From contig CBDUPW010000009.1 in the NCBI GenBank assembly GCA_965369205.1, positions 1,905 through 65,904 on the forward strand: DNA of 64,000 nt, in the 5' to 3' direction. Below, piece after piece: positions 27,797 through 36,127 of this stretch; position 1 is the first letter of the stretch; each line of letters begins with the position of its first letter. This DNA is from an uncultured Polyangiaceae bacterium (GTDB taxonomy: Bacteria; Myxococcota_A; Polyangia; Polyangiales; Polyangiaceae). The translations under genes were made by a program, and so were the position numbers. A model generated the notes under the pieces. The model worked only from the letters and a program-made list of their open reading frames with translations. It was not told the origin of the DNA and made no database searches.

Positions 27797-29505
27797 CAGC
27801 CGGGCGCGCAGTTCTTCGTGAGTGCGGGCTCGCAGACTTCGCCGCCGTCCAAGATGCCGTCGCCGCAGACCGGCACCGTGCAGTTGGAGCGGCATTTGCT
27901 TGGGGAGTCGTAGGCGATCAACGCAACGGACTGATTCAGGTTCAAGCTGATGAACCCGGAGTTGCCGTTGACGAAGGCCCAATCGTTGATGCCGCTGGAG
28001 AAACCCATGCTCACGTTGACGATCCAGTTGCCTGGGATGGGGAAGGAGCTGATCGCGCCTCCGTCCGAGTTGGACGCAAACTGCCACGTGCCGACCGCAG
28101 TGCTGCTTCCTGACTTGTTGAACTCCGAGAGCGTGTCGTCCGCCACCGTGACGAAGGTTTGCGCTGGCAATCCGCTGATGCTCGCTTTGACCTGCGTACC
28201 AGGCTGGTTCTGGCCGGAACTGTTCTGATCGATGCCGTGCACGATGATCAAGCTCAGCTGTCCGCCGTTCGTGTTGCGCTGCAGAATCATGCGGCTGGCC
28301 ATCAGTTCTTCGAAGCCGGTGTGACTGCTCGCCGAGCTATAGGCGTAGAACTGCTGCGCGCTGCTGCCGGTGTCGAGAGGAATGATGGCCACGTTGATAG
28401 CGCCTTGTTGCAGCTGGAAGGCTGGGCGATCTTGGTTGCCCGGACCGAGGTCACATTGTTCGCCGGGCTCTGGCACGCCGTTGCCGCAGAATGTGGGACT
28501 TCCGCCCGTACCGCCGAAGCCGCCGGGGCCACCGCCGAAGCCGCCGAAGCCACCCACGCCCCCGGCGCCGCCCGTGCCGCCGCATTTGCCGCAACCGAGG
28601 GATGTCACTTCATCGACGCAGAGAGAATCCCAATCCACTTGGCAGCAGTACGCGTCCGTAGCGCATACGCACTGAGCGATCTTCGGGTCGATGCAGCCCG
28701 GAGATGAATGCACGGTACAGCAGTCGCCCGTCGGGGCACCGCCGCTGCCGCCGAATCCGCCGACGCCACCGAAACCACCGATGGGTCCGCCGCCGAAGCC
28801 GCCGACACCACCGAAACCACCGATGGGTCCGCCGCCGAATCCACCGACGCCACCGAAACCACCGATGGGTCCGCCGCCGAACCCGCCGACGCCACCCGCA
28901 CCACCGATGGGTCCGCCGCCGAATCCGCCGCTGCCACCGAAGCCGCCGACAGGTCCACCGCCGAAGCCGCCGGTACCGCCGAAGCCGCCCACGGGCCCAC
29001 CGCCAACGCCGCCGGTGCCGCCACAGTTGCCGCAGCCAAGGGACGTGACTTCCTCGACGCAGAGCTCATCCCAAGATTGCTCGCAGCAGAAGTTGTCCGT
29101 CGCGCACACGCATTGCGCGACGCTGGGTATGTTGCACGCTGGGAAATCGTGGGGCGAGCAGCAGTCGCCGCTGGGCCCGCCGCCCGTGCCGCCAAATCCA
29201 CCGACGGGTCCGCCACCGAAACCACCGGCGCCACCCGCACCGCCGAGGGGTCCGCCACCGAAACCGCCAGCGCCACCCGCACCGCCCAGGGGCCCGCCAC
29301 CGAAACCGCCAACGGGGCCTCCGCCCACGCCGCCCACGCCGCCCACGCCGCCCACGGCTCCGGAGCCGCCAGCACCGCCGCTGGACAAATCGTCTTCCAG
29401 TCCGGCGCGCCCGCAGGCGATGGGAGCCATGGCCAACGCGACCCAAGCGATGTGGTGCAGTCTCACAACGCGATCTTGGCAGGCGGAGACATCCTGCTCA
29501 ACCAA
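27781..29505 (-). CDS. secreted lipoprotein with Gly-rich GGFGGGP(I/V)GG repeats, two copies of a 10-Cys module and two myxobacterial Cys repeats
   Basis: Signal/lipobox ...HIAWVALAMAPIAC. Long GGxGG arrays. Two modules share the spacing CC-x7-C-x7-C-x-C-x5-CC-x7-C-x8-C-x2-C. FCGNGVPEPGEQCD and VCGDGILDGGEVCE flank an approximately 190-aa Ser/Asn/Gly-rich domain. Alternative GTG starts at 29469/29466. Confidence 0.75.
   Translation of the reverse strand: MVEQDVSACQDRVVRLHHIAWVALAMAPIACGRAGLEDDLSSGGAGGSGAVGGVGGVGGVGGGPVGGFGGGPLGGAGGAGGFGGGPLGGAGGAGGFGGGPVGGFGGTGGGPSGDCCSPHDFPACNIPSVAQCVCATDNFCCEQSWDELCVEEVTSLGCGNCGGTGGVGGGPVGGFGGTGGFGGGPVGGFGGSGGFGGGPIGGAGGVGGFGGGPIGGFGGVGGFGGGPIGGFGGVGGFGGGPIGGFGGVGGFGGSGGAPTGDCCTVHSSPGCIDPKIAQCVCATDAYCCQVDWDSLCVDEVTSLGCGKCGGTGGAGGVGGFGGFGGGPGGFGGTGGSPTFCGNGVPEPGEQCDLGPGNQDRPAFQLQQGAINVAIIPLDTGSSAQQFYAYSSASSHTGFEELMASRMILQRNTNGGQLSLIIVHGIDQNSSGQNQPGTQVKASISGLPAQTFVTVADDTLSEFNKSGSSTAVGTWQFASNSDGGAISSFPIPGNWIVNVSMGFSSGINDWAFVNGNSGFISLNLNQSVALIAYDSPSKCRSNCTVPVCGDGILDGGEVCEPALTKNCAPGCKSLL
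28777..28944 (-). repeat. 42-bp in-frame tandem repeat (4 clean copies, degenerate copies on both sides)
   Basis: Units begin at 28777, 28819, 28861 and 28903 (ACCGATGGGTCCGCCGCCGAA...). On the coding strand each encodes GGFGGVGGFGGGPI-type 14-aa units. Confidence 0.85.
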
Positions 29506-29546
29506 ACGGCAGTCTTTTTATTCGCCATCGGCGGCAGCCGGTGTCT

Positions 29547-30485
29547 TCAGAGCCCGAAGCGCTCGGCGTTTTCCGCCAAGTACTGAACGTAATATGCGCT
29601 TTCTTGGTGTGGTGCGACCTCGCCGGCGTCGACCGCGGCTTCCAACGCTCGTTTCAGGTCCCCCAGTTTGCGCGAAGGGGCCAGCCCAAAGGCCTCCATG
29701 ATCGCGGTCCCCACCCCCGTCGGCAGCGGCGGCTGCTTTGCGTCTTCGGCCGCCAGCGCGGTAATGCGACCCGCAAGCTCGTCGATCATGGCGATGCCGC
29801 GGCGTTTTTTTTCTGGACGCTTGGTCGTGATGTCCGCTCGAGACAAGCACATCAAGTCTTCCAAATGCGGTCCCATATCCCGTGCGAAACGCCGCACCGC
29901 GCTGTCGGTCCAGCTGCCATCGTATTGGCTCGCGCGTAGATGATGCAGGACGAGAAAGCGGATCTCCGAACTGAGGGCTTCGTCCGCGCGAAACAGACTT
30001 CGGCGCCGCTCCATCTTGTCGAACATGCGGGCGCCTACCTCGGCGTGGCCGAAGAAGTGCACCTCGCCGCTGGGCGAGATGCTGCGAGTGCGCACCTTGC
30101 CAATGTCGTGAAACAGCGCGGCCCAGCGCACTTCGAGCTGGGCGGTCGCTTGGCTCACCACCTGCTTGGTGTGTTTCCACACGTCCTTGTGTCGCCACTC
30201 ACCGTCGCCGAATCCAACCATCGCCTGCACTTCCGGCAGCAACACGTCCAGCACGCCAGTGGCTAGCAGTGAGTCCAGCCCCAGATCCGGGTAGGCACCC
30301 ATCATCACGCGATCGAGCACGGGGCGCATGTCGTCGGAAGAAAGCGAAGCGAGGTCCCCCGCGTGTGCCAGAACCACGGGTCGATCCGTAACCCCGCGCT
30401 CGGAGCATTCGGCGGCTCGCTCCAACGCAGTCATTCCGCGGTCTGCATCGGACCGCTCGTTGTCGACTTGCTCAGACATGAACAT
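29547..30485 (-). CDS. HD-domain phosphohydrolase (CCA-adding-enzyme C-terminal-like)
   Basis: HD motif ...RWAALFHDIGK... and HKDVWKHT upstream. No nucleotidyltransferase head domain is present in the ORF. Confidence 0.75.
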   Translation of the reverse strand: MFMSEQVDNERSDADRGMTALERAAECSERGVTDRPVVLAHAGDLASLSSDDMRPVLDRVMMGAYPDLGLDSLLATGVLDVLLPEVQAMVGFGDGEWRHKDVWKHTKQVVSQATAQLEVRWAALFHDIGKVRTRSISPSGEVHFFGHAEVGARMFDKMERRRSLFRADEALSSEIRFLVLHHLRASQYDGSWTDSAVRRFARDMGPHLEDLMCLSRADITTKRPEKKRRGIAMIDELAGRITALAAEDAKQPPLPTGVGTAIMEAFGLAPSRKLGDLKRALEAAVDAGEVAPHQESAYYVQYLAENAERFGL

Positions 30486-30610
30486 TGGGCGCCAGCATGC
30501 AAGAAAGGCCGACGGGCGCAGGCTCTTAGCACAATCAGGCTAGTCCTCCACCTGCGGAATTTAGTGAATCCTTCTCGCACTTGGACCCAAGCTGCGCCAT
30601 CCTGCGAGCA

Positions 30611-31585
30611 ATGCGACGTGTCGCTTTCATCGGGCTGTTGCTGATTGGTTTCGCCGGCGCCGGCTGCCCTGGATCGGACCCGGACTTCAGCCAGCCGACG
30701 GTGGACGCCGATACGCCTGTGCCGGATGCGGCCATCGAAACTGGCACAGGAGTGCCGACGCCGCTCAACATCACCAACTGGAACGTCAAGAACCTGTACA
30801 ACACCGTGCGCGATAGTCCGGAAGTCGCGCAGGCGGACGAGATCATCCTAGGTGCGACGGAGTATCAGGCCAAGCTTAGCGGTATCGCCAAGGTGCTCAA
30901 CGACCTGAAGTCCGACGTCGTCGTACTCCAGGAGGTTGAAAACAAGAACGTCGTGAAAGACCTTGCTGCCGCGGCGGGTCGGTTCCCACACCAGCACATC
31001 ACGACCGGCAACGATCCGCGTGGCATCGACATTGCCATCTTGAGCGACCATCCCTTCGGTCCTGTTCTGAGCCACAAGGACGAGTTTTTCCAGGCGTCTT
31101 CGGATCCGACGCGTAACTTCAAGTTTGCCCGCGACGTGCTCGAGGCGCATCTGAGCTTCAATGGCCGGCACGTCGTGCTGCTCGGGGTGCACTGGAAGAG
31201 CGGCACGGACCCGGACAGCCAGCTGAAGCGCCTCGCCGAGGCCGAGCAGACCAGGCGCATCGGCACCCAGATCAAGTTTGCGGATCCTTCCGCCATGGTG
31301 GTGATGCTGGGCGACTTCAACGACGTGCCTGGCTCGCCGCCCATGGTGGCGCTTGGCGGCGCCGCGCCCTTGGAGTTCCTCAGCGCCACTGAAAACGTCC
31401 CGCCGAACGAGCGCTGGAGCGTGACGTTCGGCGGTGCGAAGCTCTTCGACGATCAGATCCTCGACGCCACGGCGCTGTCGCTGACGGACCGGGTGTTCAA
31501 CACCTCCGTTGTGATCCAGCACGGCGCCGAGGTGGATGCGGTTGCAGATCACGATCCGGTGCGCGTGACGTACCAGGTCAAATAG
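30611..31585 (+). CDS. endonuclease/exonuclease/phosphatase (EEP) family lipoprotein, extracellular-nuclease-like
   Basis: ATG at 30611 gives MRRVAFIGLLLIGFAGAGC (lipobox). EEP motifs NITNWNVKNL, VVVLQEVEN, LGDFND, DHDPV. Confidence 0.8.
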   Translation: MRRVAFIGLLLIGFAGAGCPGSDPDFSQPTVDADTPVPDAAIETGTGVPTPLNITNWNVKNLYNTVRDSPEVAQADEIILGATEYQAKLSGIAKVLNDLKSDVVVLQEVENKNVVKDLAAAAGRFPHQHITTGNDPRGIDIAILSDHPFGPVLSHKDEFFQASSDPTRNFKFARDVLEAHLSFNGRHVVLLGVHWKSGTDPDSQLKRLAEAEQTRRIGTQIKFADPSAMVVMLGDFNDVPGSPPMVALGGAAPLEFLSATENVPPNERWSVTFGGAKLFDDQILDATALSLTDRVFNTSVVIQHGAEVDAVADHDPVRVTYQVK

Positions 31586-31663
31586 CTGCGGCAGCGTCAC
31601 TGAACAGACTCGCCTCCCTGGGCGTCAAACTTCTGAAATCCTTGGATTTTGGCGTCGACCCCC

Positions 31664-34600
31664 ATGCCGCGATACGCTTCCAAAGCTGTGCCTTCCGCGC
31701 GCCCGCTCCGCGCCTTCCGCGACTGGGGACGCCTCGTCGCGAGGCTGATTTGCGCGCTTTTTGCGCTGATCGGAGCACTGCCCCTCGCCGCCGGGGTGCT
31801 GACCCGGACGGACTGGGTCCTGGATTGGGCGTCGGATGAGACGCGGCGGGTGCTTGCTGAAGAGCTAGGCGTCGAGGCCCGGTATCGGGTGCGCATGGAG
31901 CTGTGGCCGCTCTCGATCGCCATGGAAGACCTGGAAGTACCGGCGAGCGACGGGGGCACACCTGCCCTAGCAGCGAAGCGGGTCTCGGTGCGTCCACGCA
32001 TCTTTTCGCTTCTGGCGGGGCGGCTCGATGTGGGTGACATCGAGATCGATCAGCCGGATATCCGCTTGGTCGTACGCGACGGGCAGATCGTCAATCTGAA
32101 GTACCGGTTGCCGAAGCGCGACGGACCTGCGCCCGAAATGCGGAGGGCGCCGTTTTCGTCTTTGGGGATTTCCGACGCGCGCATGTCCTTGAGTATCGAC
32201 GCGGTCAAGGTCGTGTCTTGGCCTTTGGACATCGACGTATTTGCGGAGAGTGGTCCCAGTTTCGAGGTTGCAGTACGGGCAGGTGAGACGCGCGTGGTGC
32301 ATGCCCGGCCCATGACCGTCGAGGGCGCACCGGGCACGGCATCCGTTGCGGAGAGCGTCGCCACGCGGTCGCTCACCTTCGACGCTTTCGACGAGGACAT
32401 CGTCTGCCGCGCCGAATTGCGTGTGCGTGCAGAGCCCGGGTCGGTGCTGATTCGGCGTTTGTCGTTGCTGGGCCGAGCGGACGCGGATCCCGGCCAAAAT
32501 ACGTTTCCAGATTGCCGTGAGGCCAGCGAAGACGACCCCGCGCGCGTGGCTTTGCGGCTGTCACAAATGCGCGTGGTGTTCCGCAAGAGTGAGACCCCAC
32601 TTTTAGACGGCCATGTGGTGGCTCGGGCTCCGGCGCTCTTCGCAAATCGCATCGAGGGTGTGCCGCCGCTATTTGGTTGGGTCGCGTTTGCGGGCGACCT
32701 TCGCTACGACGGGCACTACAAGCTGCCAGAAATACGCGGCAAACTGCGCGGTGGGGATCTGGGTCTCGACGTCTACCACCTGGCGAAGACCCTCAGCGCC
32801 GACGTCGAAGTGTCCGCGGACACGGTGAGTATTCCGACTTGGGATACGACCTTCGCCGATGGACGCATTCTGCTCACGGGCGTCAAGATCCGCCCCACGG
32901 AGGAGACGGTGCCCCTGAGCGTGGAGCGGCTCGACGGCACCGACATACCTTTCCCAGCGTTGATGCGAGATCTGGGTGTGACCGACAACACGATTGTCGG
33001 TTGGGACTTGGACACGACCAAAGTCACGTCCTTCAAGGGCACGTTGAACCCACTTCGGCTCGACGGAACGTTGAGCGCCGAGACTAAGAATTTTGAAGTC
33101 TTCGACCGGTCCCATAAGAGCTCGTCCAAGAAGCATATGATCGGCGTGCGCAGCGCAAGCCTCCGCGGCAAGGTCGGCGTGCGCCCGAACGCGCTCTTGT
33201 TCTACGACACGCGGGCGAGCTTCGGTAAGAGCGCCGTGCTGGCGAAGATGGTCAGCATCGGCTTCAACAACGACATCCAGCTCGACATCTCGAAGGGCTC
33301 GAAGATCGAGCTTTCGGACGTCAGTCCGTTGATCGACATTCCGTGGTCCGGTTTGGCTGAGCTGTCCGTGACCATGCGCGGAAAGTCCGGCAATCCAGAG
33401 CTGCTCGGAGAGCTCGCCGTAGCCAAGCTGGAGTTCGGGGGCTTTCCCATTGGCGATATCAAGAGCGGCAAGGTGCGCTTTCGCCCTTTGAAGGTCGACT
33501 TCACGGATGTGGTTGGCAAGAAGGGCAAGAGCGAGTTCCGCGTGCCCACGGCGCGCCTGAACTTCGACACAGACTCGTCTGTTCTGACCGACGCGCGGGT
33601 GATCTCAGAACGTTTCGACATTCGCGACTTCTTCGCGATGTTCCTTTTCGACAAAGATCCACGCTTCGATCCCATCATGGGTGCCGGGAAGGTCGACGCC
33701 ACCGTGTATTACGATATGGGCGGCAAGCGAGACCGCTGCGGCGGCGGCTTGCTCAAAGTCGCCGGTAGTATGGATTTCTCGCGGCTCGAACTATTCGAAG
33801 AGCGCTACGACACTGGTAAGGGGGACTTTGACTTCCGCTGGTTGGATCGGGACGCCAGCTACCAGGGCATCGAGCTGGATGTGCCGAGCGTGAAGTTGAC
33901 CAAAGGTGCTGGCACCATACTTGGGTCGTTCCAGATGCGACCCGGCGCCAAGCTTTCCGGCCACGTCGTGGCCACGGGCGTGCCGCTGTCGCGCATCGAT
34001 GCCCTGGGACGCTTGGCGCCTCTTTTGGATGGTCGTGGCAGTGGCACCGCCGTCGTCTCTGGCACCGTCGACGACATGGTGATCCAATCGCAACTGCGGG
34101 TGTCGCCCATCCGGGTGGGCACCAAGACATTGCCTGCTAGCGATGTCAGCTTGGAGCTCGAACCGAAGCGAAGCGCCGTCAAGGTCATCGGGCGCACGCG
34201 TTGCGGTGGGGCCATCACCCCGGAGTTCGACCGCGCAAAGTGGGAACGCGACGAGTCCGTGGGCACGTTCTTCGTTTCGGGCAAAGCCTTGGGCGGGCAG
34301 GTGCGCATGTCGCGTCTCGCGGTGACCCGCCAGCAAAAGAAGCGGGTTTCGGGCAGCGTTGATTTCGTCGACTTAGATGTGGGCAGCCTCGCGGAAGCCG
34401 TACCCAGCGTGGCGCTCGCGAGCTCGAAGCCCCAGGGGCGCCTCACCGGTACGCTCGCCATCGAGAAGATGGAGATGGATCGCCCCGTCGCGTCGCGGCT
34501 GCGTCTTGTGATGAAGAAGCTCGAAATGCAGCAGAGCGGCATGCGCGTCGAACTGCTGGGCGGACCGCGCCAAGTCTCGCTTTCCGACGAGAAGCTCGAG

Positions 34601-36127
34601 ATCGGGAGCCTGGGCCTGGCCGTCGTTTCGCCCCGAGGGCAGCGTGGGGTGTTCGACGTGCGCGGCAGTGTTTCCAAGCTGGGTTCGAACCCGGAGGTTT
34701 CGGCGGAGCTGTCGCTGCGGCCCGTCGAGCTTGCATCCTTCGTTGCGGATATTCCACGGGTTGAGCGCGCCAAGGGACGACTGGAAGGCAAACTCTCGTT
34801 GCAAGGGCCGATCAAAGCGTTGCGCTACCGCGGCGGTTTTCGTCTGAAAGACGGCGAGATGGTCGTACGGGGCTTGCCCTCCGCGGTGACGGATCTCTCC
34901 ATCGCGCTGGACGTCGACGGCGAAGAAGTGCGCCTCACCCGCGCCACGGCACGGGTGGGGAACGGTAGCGTCTCCATCAGTGGTGGCGCACCTTTGCGTG
35001 GATTCGAACTCGGGGCCGCGCGCGCCGTGATCACGATGCGCGACTTTGCTCTACCCTTGGAGCAAGGCATGCGCAGCTCCGTCGACGGCAATCTCGTCGC
35101 GACCTGGCAACCGGACGGCGGAGCGGGCACGGGTCGCGCGCTGCCCCGCATCACCGGTGACGTCACCATCAAATCCTTCGACTATACGCGGCCGATCACC
35201 ATGACCGCGGACATCAGCACCCTGGGTCAACGTGGCAAGCGCACGGAATTCGAGGCCTACGACCCAAGCGACGACATGATCGACTTGGATTTGACCATCC
35301 GCGCTTCGCGCGCGCTGAGCATCCGCAACAACCTGGTAGACACGGAGCTGACCCTGGGGTCAGCGGGCCTGGAGCTATCGGGAACCAATCAGCGCTTCGG
35401 GCTGCGCGGGGAAGTGCAGGTCAAGCCCGGTGGCCGCATACGGCTGCGTCGAAGCGAGTTCGAGGTGCGTTCCGGCACCGTGCGTTTCGATGACCGGACG
35501 CGGATAGCACCTAAAGTCGACGTGCGCGCCACCACCGAATACCGGCGCTACTCGGAGTCTTCGGGCGCCAAGGAATCATCGTCTGGCAGCAGCGACGGCG
35601 CGAGCGCCGGTGGCACAGCCGCCCAAGGTGGTCGCTGGCTCATCACCATGCACGCGCACGGCGACGCGGAGAACCTGCGCATCGACCTGACCAGCGACCC
35701 GGCCTTGGCTCAGGACGACATCTTCCTGCTCTTGACCGTCGGGCTGACCCGCGCCGAGCTCGACCAAGCGCAGAGCGCCAGCGTGGGCGAGAGCGTTGCC
35801 TTGGAAGCGTTGGGTACTCTCAGCGGGGCCGACCGGGCGGTGTCCAAAGCGTTGCCCGTGATCGACGAGTTCCGCTTTGGCAGCGCGTACTCTTCACGCA
35901 CGGGTCGCACCGAACCCACGGTCACCATCGGCAAACGCCTGGCGGACCGCATTCGTGCCAACGTCACCAGCGGCTTGGCAGATTCCCGCGAGATCCGCTC
36001 CAACATCGAGTGGCGCTTGAGCCCCCGCGTCAGCGTAGAAGGCTCCTACGACAACGTGAACGACATCTCCAGCTCGTCTTTGGGTAATCTGGGAGCAGAC
36101 ATCCGATGGCGACTCGAATTCGAATAA
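31664..36127 (+). CDS. TamB / AsmA-like translocation and assembly module protein (DUF490 C-terminus)
   Basis: About 1487 aa. N-terminal TM anchor (LICALFALIGALPLAAGVL), a long beta-rich body and a C-terminal DUF490-like end ...VSVEGSYDNVNDISSSSLGNLGADIRWRLEFE. ATG at 31664 preferred over the alternative start at 31649. Confidence 0.8.
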   Translation: MPRYASKAVPSARPLRAFRDWGRLVARLICALFALIGALPLAAGVLTRTDWVLDWASDETRRVLAEELGVEARYRVRMELWPLSIAMEDLEVPASDGGTPALAAKRVSVRPRIFSLLAGRLDVGDIEIDQPDIRLVVRDGQIVNLKYRLPKRDGPAPEMRRAPFSSLGISDARMSLSIDAVKVVSWPLDIDVFAESGPSFEVAVRAGETRVVHARPMTVEGAPGTASVAESVATRSLTFDAFDEDIVCRAELRVRAEPGSVLIRRLSLLGRADADPGQNTFPDCREASEDDPARVALRLSQMRVVFRKSETPLLDGHVVARAPALFANRIEGVPPLFGWVAFAGDLRYDGHYKLPEIRGKLRGGDLGLDVYHLAKTLSADVEVSADTVSIPTWDTTFADGRILLTGVKIRPTEETVPLSVERLDGTDIPFPALMRDLGVTDNTIVGWDLDTTKVTSFKGTLNPLRLDGTLSAETKNFEVFDRSHKSSSKKHMIGVRSASLRGKVGVRPNALLFYDTRASFGKSAVLAKMVSIGFNNDIQLDISKGSKIELSDVSPLIDIPWSGLAELSVTMRGKSGNPELLGELAVAKLEFGGFPIGDIKSGKVRFRPLKVDFTDVVGKKGKSEFRVPTARLNFDTDSSVLTDARVISERFDIRDFFAMFLFDKDPRFDPIMGAGKVDATVYYDMGGKRDRCGGGLLKVAGSMDFSRLELFEERYDTGKGDFDFRWLDRDASYQGIELDVPSVKLTKGAGTILGSFQMRPGAKLSGHVVATGVPLSRIDALGRLAPLLDGRGSGTAVVSGTVDDMVIQSQLRVSPIRVGTKTLPASDVSLELEPKRSAVKVIGRTRCGGAITPEFDRAKWERDESVGTFFVSGKALGGQVRMSRLAVTRQQKKRVSGSVDFVDLDVGSLAEAVPSVALASSKPQGRLTGTLAIEKMEMDRPVASRLRLVMKKLEMQQSGMRVELLGGPRQVSLSDEKLEIGSLGLAVVSPRGQRGVFDVRGSVSKLGSNPEVSAELSLRPVELASFVADIPRVERAKGRLEGKLSLQGPIKALRYRGGFRLKDGEMVVRGLPSAVTDLSIALDVDGEEVRLTRATARVGNGSVSISGGAPLRGFELGAARAVITMRDFALPLEQGMRSSVDGNLVATWQPDGGAGTGRALPRITGDVTIKSFDYTRPITMTADISTLGQRGKRTEFEAYDPSDDMIDLDLTIRASRALSIRNNLVDTELTLGSAGLELSGTNQRFGLRGEVQVKPGGRIRLRRSEFEVRSGTVRFDDRTRIAPKVDVRATTEYRRYSESSGAKESSSGSSDGASAGGTAAQGGRWLITMHAHGDAENLRIDLTSDPALAQDDIFLLLTVGLTRAELDQAQSASVGESVALEALGTLSGADRAVSKALPVIDEFRFGSAYSSRTGRTEPTVTIGKRLADRIRANVTSGLADSREIRSNIEWRLSPRVSVEGSYDNVNDISSSSLGNLGADIRWRLEFE

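Noticed and set aside
28735-29340. Regularly spaced short repeats that might be mistaken for a CRISPR array
   Set aside because: The repeats are contiguous with no unique spacers, are in frame, and encode Gly-rich peptide units. No cas genes are present in the window.
28691-29701. 336-aa + strand ORF encoding PPKPP/PPNPP proline repeats, plus the overlapping + ORFs 28704..29048 and 28708..29586
   Set aside because: It is the antisense mirror of the GGFGGGP Gly-repeat gene, since GGN codons read as NCC on the opposite strand. The minus-strand frame has a signal peptide, a lipobox, conserved Cys modules and recognisable myxobacterial Cys repeats, so that frame is taken as the real gene.
29815-29822. 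T8 run (A8 on the coding strand, encoding PEKKRR) inside the HD-domain gene
   Set aside because: It is short, within an intact reading frame, and encodes a plausible Lys-Lys. There is no evidence of frameshifting or phase variation.
34681-34695. GGGTTCGAACCCGG palindrome resembling a tRNA T-arm
   Set aside because: It lies in frame inside the tamB-like CDS (…LGSNPEV…) and has no surrounding cloverleaf.
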